Assembly (NCBI GenBank): GCA_963669295.1
Contig: OY769938.1
Span: forward strand, 1,625,086 to 1,689,085
Length of the DNA stretch: 64,000 bases
Reading direction: 5' to 3'
Source of the DNA: Flavobacteriales bacterium
Lineage (GTDB): Bacteria > Bacteroidota > Bacteroidia > Flavobacteriales_D > CALLUQ01
A model generated the notes under the pieces. That model had not been told where the DNA came from and did not search any database. It saw only the letters and a list, made by a program, of their open reading frames with translations. This document shows, in pieces, positions 57,598 through 64,000 of this stretch. Within the stretch, counting starts at the first letter, position 1. The number at the start of each line of letters is the position of its first letter. The position numbers and the translations under genes were made by a program.

Positions 57598-58374
57598 ATG
57601 AAATTGAAGTCTTTGATTGTAGACGACGAAGAACTCGCTCGTGAAAACTTGAAAATGCTATTGGAAGAGTACTGCCCCGACATCGAAGTGTTAGGAACAG
57701 CAGGCTCTGTTAAAGAAGCCAAAGCAAAAATCAACGAACTATCACCTCAAGTGGTGTTTCTTGATATTCGCATGCCTTCCGGTGCTGAAGGGTTTGAATT
57801 GCTAGAATCGTTGCCAGAAAAAAAGTTTCAGGTAGTGTTTGTAACCGCATTTAAAGATTATGCCATTAAAGCATTTAATGCCAATGCCATTCACTATGTA
57901 ATGAAACCTGTTGACATTGAAGATCTTCAACAAGCTGTAGAAAAGCTGAAAAGTTATAGCACCCAGTTCCAGGTTGATCCTGATAATTTTTCCGCTTATA
58001 TAAAAGCGTTAGAAAATCTCACGCAAAACTTGAGCAGCGACGCTCCAATTAAGCGCATTACCATTAACCATTCCAAAGGGTTTAAAATTGTTGATGATGA
58101 TGACATTGTACATTTGGAGGCCAATGGCAATTGTACCTCGATTCACTTTAATGACGGGGGGCGCTACCTGGACACCAAAACCATGAAGATTTATGAAAAC
58201 ATTTTAGATGATGTTAAGTTCTTTCGAATTCATAAATCGCATATTATTAATATGAACTATCTAAAAGAATACCTTAATGAGGATGGTTACTTTGTCATCA
58301 TGAAAGATGGTGCACAACTCCCCATTGCTCGTAATAGGTTAAGCACCTTTATGGAGCGCATTAAGTCCTTGTAG
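57598..58374 (+). CDS. LytTR-family response regulator 1
   Basis: I prefer the ATG at 57598 (MKLKSLIVDDEE). Acceptor VFLDIRMP, a YVMKP motif and the LytTR part LEANGNCTSIHF...FFRIHKSHIINM. Confidence 0.9.
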   Translation: MKLKSLIVDDEELARENLKMLLEEYCPDIEVLGTAGSVKEAKAKINELSPQVVFLDIRMPSGAEGFELLESLPEKKFQVVFVTAFKDYAIKAFNANAIHYVMKPVDIEDLQQAVEKLKSYSTQFQVDPDNFSAYIKALENLTQNLSSDAPIKRITINHSKGFKIVDDDDIVHLEANGNCTSIHFNDGGRYLDTKTMKIYENILDDVKFFRIHKSHIINMNYLKEYLNEDGYFVIMKDGAQLPIARNRLSTFMERIKSL

Positions 58375-58431
58375 CATTGCCGCTCAATCAATAATTACCC
58401 CCAATCAATCATTGAACCATACCATTTACTT

Positions 58432-58459
58432 CATTGGTCTGCAATTCTAAGGCATTGGT
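58432..58459 (+). promoter_or_regulatory. Direct repeat CATTGGT-N14-CATTGGT (21-bp phase) upstream of the second regulator gene
   Basis: Exact 7-mers at 58432-58438 and 58453-58459. The ATG is at 58510. Confidence 0.35.
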
Positions 58460-58509
58460 ATTATATTGTTTCTAGTTATCCCATAACATGAACCGCAACC
58501 ACAGTTGTT

Positions 58510-59274
58510 ATGAAACTAAATTCAATTGTTATTGACGACGAGTACCTTTGTCGGCATAACCTAAAAATGATGATTGAGGAGTATTGTCCTGAAGTAGAAG
58601 TAGTTGGAATGGCCGCTTCGGCTCAAGAAGCTCGCACACTCATCAAAGAACATGATCCAAACATAATTTTCCTCGACATAAAAATGCCACGAGAAGATGG
58701 GTTTTCCTTGTTAAAATCTCTACCAAACTCCAATTTTTCTGTTGTGTTTACTACTGCCCATAACGATTTTGCGTTAAATGCTTTCAAGGTAAATGCAGTA
58801 GATTATATTGAAAAGCCCATTGCAATTGACGATTTAAAAAACGCAGTGTCTAAGCTCTCTGTTATTCATAAAACAACTGCCTCAAGTACAACTGATGCCA
58901 CTACATTAAAAAATGTGGCACAAACAATTGTCTATTCTCGTGAATACGAGAAGATTATTATTCCTACGAGCGATGGATTTATCCTGGCTAAAAGCACAGA
59001 GATTGTACATTTAAATGCGGTGGAAGGTTATACTGAAATTCATCTCACTGGTCAGCGCAAACATCTGAGCAGCAAGGGCATCAAATGGTATGAAGAATTA
59101 CTCAACCCGAGTCTTTTTTTTAGAGTACACAAATCACATATCATCAACATTATGTGCCATTTTGTTGAGTTCAATCGTACAGAAGGTAATATTGCCATTA
59201 TGAGCAATGGTAACCACATTCCTGTTGCTCGCCGTAAACTCCCCGAATTTTTAGAGCGCGTCAATACTTTTTAG
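58510..59274 (+). CDS. LytTR-family response regulator 2 (tandem paralog)
   Basis: 254 aa: MKLNSIVIDDEY, acceptor IFLDIKMP, a YIEKP motif and LNAVEGYTEIHL...FFRVHKSHIINI. I counted 63 of 119 aligned N-terminal positions identical to regulator 1. Confidence 0.9.
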   Translation: MKLNSIVIDDEYLCRHNLKMMIEEYCPEVEVVGMAASAQEARTLIKEHDPNIIFLDIKMPREDGFSLLKSLPNSNFSVVFTTAHNDFALNAFKVNAVDYIEKPIAIDDLKNAVSKLSVIHKTTASSTTDATTLKNVAQTIVYSREYEKIIIPTSDGFILAKSTEIVHLNAVEGYTEIHLTGQRKHLSSKGIKWYEELLNPSLFFRVHKSHIINIMCHFVEFNRTEGNIAIMSNGNHIPVARRKLPEFLERVNTF

Positions 59275-59288
59275 TATTTTGGTCTGGT

Positions 59289-62200
59289 ATGCTAAAACTG
59301 TTTTATCGGACCCTTTTAATCATGCTGGTCAGTGGCATTGGGTGGCTTCCTAATGGAGTCGCTCAACAATATAATTTCCTTTATTACTCCATACAGGATG
59401 GTTTGGCTCAATCGCAAGTACAAACCATGTTTCAAGATCAGGATGGGTACTTATGGGTTGGATCGTTAGGAGGAGCCAGTCGGTTTGATGGCCGTGAGTT
59501 TATTAATTACTCTACAGATAATGGACTGGTAAACAACATTGTAATTGCCATTATCCAAGACCATGAAAACAATCTTTGGTTTGGTGGCACTGGGGGCATT
59601 ACACGTTTTAACGGAACTGCTTTTACACCATATGCTTTCCCGGAAGAGTTATCTCATATAAAAGTAAATGCCATTATAGAAGACCATGACAATAGGCTAT
59701 GGCTTGGCACTGATAAAGGTGGCATAGCTTTGTTTGAGGAGGGGGAATTCACCTTTTACAATACCACACATGGGCTTCCAAGCAATAACATTCGTTGCGT
59801 TATGCAACGCGCTAATGGTTCAATGTTATTAGCTACCCCCAAGGGGGTAATACAATTTAACAACGGTACTTTTCAGCCATTAACCATTGCTGTTGGCGAT
59901 GAAAACTTAACTCAATTTAGTGTTAGTGATATCATTGAAGATCGCAACGGCACATTATGGATTAGCACATATGGTGATGGCCTATTGAGTTATGCAAACG
60001 ATGCAATTGTTCAATACAACCGAAATGATGTCACTACAGAAAATAAGATTGTCAGTGAATCCATTCGCTCTTTGTTTGAAGACCGGGAAGGCAACATATG
60101 GTGTGCTAGCAAAAATGGCATCAGTAAATTTAGCAATGGAGTGTTCACCAACTTTACTACTGAAGAAGGACTTATTTCGGATAATGTTCGATGCATTACA
60201 GAAGATTCAGAAGGTAATATTTGGATTGGTTCAGACGGCAAAGGCATTGCCAAATTTTCAAGTGAAGCTTTTGTAAATTATACTACTGTTGATGGTTTAA
60301 GTAGTGATCTAATTATGTCGTTTGCCGAAGACACAAGCGGCAACTTATGGTTTTCTACTTATGGATTAGGGGTGTGCAAATATGATGGCACTACCTTTAC
60401 GCGATACGATGTTCGCAATGGTTTAAGCAACAATACCATATGGACATCAATTGTTGATAGCAACAACAATATTTGGTTTGGTACTTCAGAAGGTGTTAGC
60501 AAATACGACGGTCAAAAATTTACGCAATACAACAAACGTGACAGCCTTACCAACACGCTTGTTACTACCATTTTTGAAGATGACAACGGCCTCATTTGGT
60601 TTGGAACCCAAGAAGGTATTTTCAATTATGATGGTACTTCTTTTAAAAACATATCAAAGCAATACCCCAACATTCCTTCCAATATAAAGATTCGAAAGAT
60701 TACCCGCGATCAACACAGCAACTTATGGTTTGCCTCCTCCAATGGGGTTTATCGCTTTTCTAACAATGTTTTTCACCGTTTATCTGTAGACGACGGGTTG
60801 AGCCATAACGACGTGTATTCGATCGTAGAGGATTTCCAGGGCAATTTATGGATGGGAACCATGTCTGGCTTGACTTATTACAATGGAGAAACATTCAAAT
60901 CTCTAAAAATTGGCGATGATTACAGCTCCAATTTTACCAACTTTTTGGTTTTTGACGATAGTAACCAACTTTGGATTGGGACTAACAAAGGAGTTTATGA
61001 GTTAGACCTCCCTTATTATCTGCAAGAGCACCGTATCGAGCTTAATCACTACACCCTTCTGGAAGGGATAAAAGGCCTTGAGTGTAATCAAAATGCTGCC
61101 TTTAAAGATCGAAAAGGCAATTTATGGTTTGGAACAGAGGGAGGAGCGGTTAATTACATTCCTTCAAAAAGAAGAGCCACCATCAAGAGTTTTACTCCAT
61201 TTACACAAATCAAAGCACTCAAGCTATTTCTTGAGGAAACCGATTGGAGCAAATTTGCTGATAGTTTAAGTGCTCGTACGGGATTGCCTCAGAGCCTTTC
61301 AGTAAAACACCATCAGAATCACTTTACCTTCTATTATTCTGGTATTAGCTTAACCAACCCTAAAAAGGTGCGTTACGAATACCAACTAGAGGGGTTTGAT
61401 GAAGATTGGCTGCCTGTTACCGATGCCAATTTTGCCACCTACTCCAACCTTCCTCATGGGGTGTTTACATTTAAAGTAAGGGCACGTACTTATGAAGACA
61501 ACTGGAGTCAACCTGTTGCTTTCACCTTTGAGATTCTCCCTCCTTTTTGGGTTACCTGGTGGTTCTATAGCCTTTGTATTCTCTTAGGCGCCAGCATTGG
61601 TTGGGCTATTTATCGATGGAGAGTAAACATTAATAACCGGAAAAAGGCCACACAACAATTGGTGTACAAGTCGAAAATGCTTGCTTTAGAGCAACAAACC
61701 CTAAACTCAAGCATGAACCGTCACTTCATTTTCAATGCCCTTAATTCCATCCAATACTATATCAACCGTCAGGATAAAATTGCCGCAAATAAGTACCTCA
61801 CCAGCTTTGCTAAACTCATACGAAAAAACCTGGACAGTAGTCAAACCAATATGGTTACATTAACCGAAGAGTTAGAGCGTTTAGAGTTATATCTGACATT
61901 AGAACACATGCGGTTCAAAAACAAGTTTAGTTACGAAATTGCTGTAGACTCTACAATTAGCACCGACGCTGTTAAAATCCCATCTATGCTGTTACAACCC
62001 TATGTAGAAAATAGCATTTGGCATGGAATACTACCCATGGAGCAACCAGGAAAAATTACCGTTAATGTAGCTTCTACCAATGGAGATGACCTGACCTTCA
62101 CCATTATTGACAATGGCATTGGCATCAATACCAGCCTGGAAAACAAGAGCAAACACCAACAAGATCACATCTCGAAAGGAATGGACATTACAAGTGGACG

Positions 62201-62339
62201 GATTAACCTGTTGCAAAAAATGACCAATCAAAACATATACATCAATGGACCATTGGAAATAAAAGATGACAACAATAATAGTGCTGGCACGAAAGTTGAA
62301 ATTGTATTACCAATTAATGCTCAAGAAATACTTAATTGA
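59289..62339 (+). CDS. Sensor kinase: periplasmic double beta-propeller (Reg_prop repeats) plus Y_Y_Y domain, one TM, then a LytS-type His_kinase and HATPase
   Basis: 1016 aa with about 14 repeats of NxIxxIxxDxxGNLWxGTxxGxxxY(D/N)G, YEYQLEGFDEDW (Y_Y_Y), TM WWFYSLCILLGASIGWAIY, NRHFIFNALNSIQYYI (PF06580-like) and DNGIGI. Confidence 0.85.
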   Translation: MLKLFYRTLLIMLVSGIGWLPNGVAQQYNFLYYSIQDGLAQSQVQTMFQDQDGYLWVGSLGGASRFDGREFINYSTDNGLVNNIVIAIIQDHENNLWFGGTGGITRFNGTAFTPYAFPEELSHIKVNAIIEDHDNRLWLGTDKGGIALFEEGEFTFYNTTHGLPSNNIRCVMQRANGSMLLATPKGVIQFNNGTFQPLTIAVGDENLTQFSVSDIIEDRNGTLWISTYGDGLLSYANDAIVQYNRNDVTTENKIVSESIRSLFEDREGNIWCASKNGISKFSNGVFTNFTTEEGLISDNVRCITEDSEGNIWIGSDGKGIAKFSSEAFVNYTTVDGLSSDLIMSFAEDTSGNLWFSTYGLGVCKYDGTTFTRYDVRNGLSNNTIWTSIVDSNNNIWFGTSEGVSKYDGQKFTQYNKRDSLTNTLVTTIFEDDNGLIWFGTQEGIFNYDGTSFKNISKQYPNIPSNIKIRKITRDQHSNLWFASSNGVYRFSNNVFHRLSVDDGLSHNDVYSIVEDFQGNLWMGTMSGLTYYNGETFKSLKIGDDYSSNFTNFLVFDDSNQLWIGTNKGVYELDLPYYLQEHRIELNHYTLLEGIKGLECNQNAAFKDRKGNLWFGTEGGAVNYIPSKRRATIKSFTPFTQIKALKLFLEETDWSKFADSLSARTGLPQSLSVKHHQNHFTFYYSGISLTNPKKVRYEYQLEGFDEDWLPVTDANFATYSNLPHGVFTFKVRARTYEDNWSQPVAFTFEILPPFWVTWWFYSLCILLGASIGWAIYRWRVNINNRKKATQQLVYKSKMLALEQQTLNSSMNRHFIFNALNSIQYYINRQDKIAANKYLTSFAKLIRKNLDSSQTNMVTLTEELERLELYLTLEHMRFKNKFSYEIAVDSTISTDAVKIPSMLLQPYVENSIWHGILPMEQPGKITVNVASTNGDDLTFTIIDNGIGINTSLENKSKHQQDHISKGMDITSGRINLLQKMTNQNIYINGPLEIKDDNNNSAGTKVEIVLPINAQEILN

Positions 62340-62380
62340 TAAAAAAAGCGTTTATTATTGTGAGAATCAACGTTTTTTAG

Positions 62381-62388
62381 TATATTTG
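62381..62388 (+). promoter_or_regulatory. -7 box TATATTTG for the small acidic lipoprotein gene
   Basis: Perfect TAnnTTTG, 31 nt upstream of the ATG at 62419. Confidence 0.4.
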
Positions 62389-62418
62389 CTTACTTAGTGT
62401 AGTGTAAAGTGATTAATA

Positions 62419-62799
62419 ATGAAGAGAATTTTTGACATAAAGTCGCTCCTTTTGCCGCTCCTGGTGTTATCTTTTTTCATCACAAGTTGTGAGAAAGAAG
62501 TGATTACACCTAATCCGCAGCAGGCTAATGATAGTGGCGTTGTTGATGGCAAAGATCTTGATGAAGATTATGGCACTACCATAGGAAAAGGAGAAATCAA
62601 TAATACTTACAGAGATGGTGTCGGTGATGAGAACAACGATGATTCTCAAGGCGATGATTCTGATGATGGCGGAGGTAGTATTAATGATGGAAATAGCAGT
62701 TCTGAAGATGATCAGGATGGTGGCAAAGGAAAAGGAAGCATCAACGATGGGAACAGCAACTCTGAAGACGATAAAGATGATGTAAGTGCCTTGAATTAG
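62419..62799 (+). CDS. Small acidic D/N/S/G-rich lipoprotein with an internal 15-aa repeat
   Basis: 126 aa with lipobox FFITSC and two repeats, GSINDGNSSSEDDQD and GSINDGNSNSEDDKD. Confidence 0.7.
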   Translation: MKRIFDIKSLLLPLLVLSFFITSCEKEVITPNPQQANDSGVVDGKDLDEDYGTTIGKGEINNTYRDGVGDENNDDSQGDDSDDGGGSINDGNSSSEDDQDGGKGKGSINDGNSNSEDDKDDVSALN

Positions 62800-62821
62800 A
62801 AGTTTTATACCTTTATATATC

Positions 62822-62850
62822 AACCCCTCGAACTTTCGAGGGGTTTTTTT
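62822..62850 (+). terminator. Rho-independent terminator
   Basis: aaCCCCTCGAActTTCGAGGGGttttttt. Confidence 0.9.
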
Positions 62851-63084
62851 ATGCTCTTTTTTTCAGCACCACACTCATCCACAAATAAATATCACATCTA
62901 ATCATGTGAATTTCACCTTAATTAATACATGTCTAACATTCCATAATTACCGTTTAATATCTCATCCCTACCATTCATTCAGCCAACAACACCTTTCAGT
63001 AGGTTAGCAAGCTAGGCAAATTAATTCTTTTTAAATTTAATCTCTAACAACACTAACATGCGCTAACCTCTATTTATAAACAAC

Positions 63085-64000
63085 ATGTCTAACAAAGCAT
63101 CTGAGAACTTACACCGGCTTATTAAATCGTTATCCAAACCCGAGAAGCGTTATTTTAAGATTTATTCTTCGCGCCACACCCTAGGTGAAAAAAACAACTA
63201 TCAGATTCTGTTTGATGCAATTGATAAACAAAAGGAGTATGATGAGGAAGCACTGAAGGCCTTTTTTGCGAAAGAAGCTTTTGTAAAAAAATTTTCCATT
63301 GCAAAGAGTCGTTTATATGATGCTATATTAAGAAGCCTCGATGCGTACCACGCTAACAGCTCCATCGACGCACAACTAAAACGACTTATCCATTGTGCTG
63401 AAATTCTTTACAAGAAAACTCTTTACAATCAAAGCTATAAATTGTTGCGAAGCGCAAAAAAATTGGCTTATAAGCATGAAAAGCATACTGCACTTCTTGA
63501 AATCTTAACATGGGAAAAGCGCCTGGTAGAAAAAGATAACTATGGCACTATGGGTGAGGAAGAGATTCAGAAAATCCACGCTGAAGATAGCCTCACTTTA
63601 AAGAAGATCGAAAACTACAATGAGTTTTGGAACATTAAGAGTCATTTATTCCGCATCTTAAACAAGCGTGGCAAAGCCAGAACACAAGAGGAATTGAGTA
63701 ATTTTAAAGCCATTATTGACAATGTATTATTGAAAGGTGAAGATGAGGCGCTTTACTATGAAACCAAGTACCTCTACTACCATATTTATAGCGCTTATTA
63801 CTTTGGCATTGGAGATTACCATAACAGCTATAAAAACCTGATCAAAAACGTCGCCTTGATTGAGTCGAACATTGACATGTTCAAGGAAGAGCCTAATGTT
63901 TATTTCTCTGTATTAACGAATGTCATCTACATCGGCAGTCAATTAAAAAGGTACCAGGAAGTGTTTATGTACCTCGAAAAATTACGCTCCATTCCAGAAA
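63085..64000 (+). CDS. Hypothetical alpha-helical protein, 5' part (runs off the right edge; not in the ORF track)
   Basis: ATG at 63085 gives MSNKASENLHRLIKSLSKPEKRYFKIYSS... The frame stays open for 305 codons to the window end. Composition is helical-repeat/TPR-like. Confidence 0.6.
   Translation, partial: MSNKASENLHRLIKSLSKPEKRYFKIYSSRHTLGEKNNYQILFDAIDKQKEYDEEALKAFFAKEAFVKKFSIAKSRLYDAILRSLDAYHANSSIDAQLKRLIHCAEILYKKTLYNQSYKLLRSAKKLAYKHEKHTALLEILTWEKRLVEKDNYGTMGEEEIQKIHAEDSLTLKKIENYNEFWNIKSHLFRILNKRGKARTQEELSNFKAIIDNVLLKGEDEALYYETKYLYYHIYSAYYFGIGDYHNSYKNLIKNVALIESNIDMFKEEPNVYFSVLTNVIYIGSQLKRYQEVFMYLEKLRSIPE

Noticed and set aside
62343-62378. AGCGTTTAT / AACGTTTTT (22-bp phase) upstream of the small lipoprotein gene, as a third LytTR-type direct repeat
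   Set aside because: Each repeat matches the degenerate LytTR site at 8/9 positions. However, only CGTTT is shared, and the two arms are also inverted complements (aaaaagcgtt / aacgtttttt). They could equally form a weak A:U-rich hairpin after the kinase gene, which is too ambiguous to call.
57189-62941. The exact 14-mer ATACATGTCTAACA shared by 57189-57202 and 62928-62941, considered as evidence of a mobile element or repeat-family boundary
   Set aside because: By my estimate, a single 14-bp match is expected by chance several times in a 64-kb AT-rich window. There are no flanking terminal repeats, target-site duplications or transposase genes. I kept it only as part of the local motif-cluster finding.
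1-64000. Searched for CRISPR arrays, tRNA/rRNA/tmRNA/RNase P/SRP RNA genes, transposases, integrases, reverse transcriptases and obvious defence-system enzymes
   Set aside because: I could not recognise any by eye. The only long periodic repeats (1-1380, and within 39.5-41.3 kb) are protein-coding domain repeats. A covariance-model scan could still find small RNAs that I cannot see.

Overview
This window looks like a mostly core chromosomal segment of a Bacteroidota genome of Flavobacteriia type. The evidence is T9SS type-A and type-B C-terminal sorting domains, TAnnTTTG -7 promoter boxes, the glmS-DUF4270-glycogen synthase / panC-panD synteny, and a b558-type sdhCAB operon. All calls rest on by-eye motif recognition in the supplied translations and my own reverse-strand reading; no BLAST or HMM search was run. 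I saw no rRNA, tRNA, CRISPR array, transposase or integrase.

Housekeeping genes recognised: glmS, panC, panD, radA, xth, sdhCAB, Fe/Mn superoxide dismutase, dCMP deaminase, an S41 protease, pepP, rfaE2, comF, a nitrilase-family amidase and an aminotransferase. Three surface or accessory regions sit among them:

- **1-8.3 kb:** a giant repeat adhesin that runs off the left edge and is absent from the ORF track, a tail-fibre-like S74-chaperone protein, an XRE regulator, and a divergent TMTC-like GT-C/TPR plus Dpm1-like GT2 pair.
- **32.6-41.8 kb:** two tandem paralogous adhesins with a T9SS type-B sorting domain. The duplication carried along the last ~22 codons of the upstream gene, which appear to contain the promoter.
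- **47.8-62.8 kb:** three LytTR response regulators, two histidine kinases and a ~1345-aa T9SS type-A cargo protein of unknown function. The intergenic DNA carries 21-bp-phased direct repeats and an ACATGT-core motif cluster.

The best candidate for an undescribed system is the 52.9-62.8 kb module: giant T9SS cargo, two LytTR regulators, a double-propeller LytS-type kinase and a repeat-bearing acidic lipoprotein. This is an inference from gene architecture only, and nothing in the window proves a novel system.
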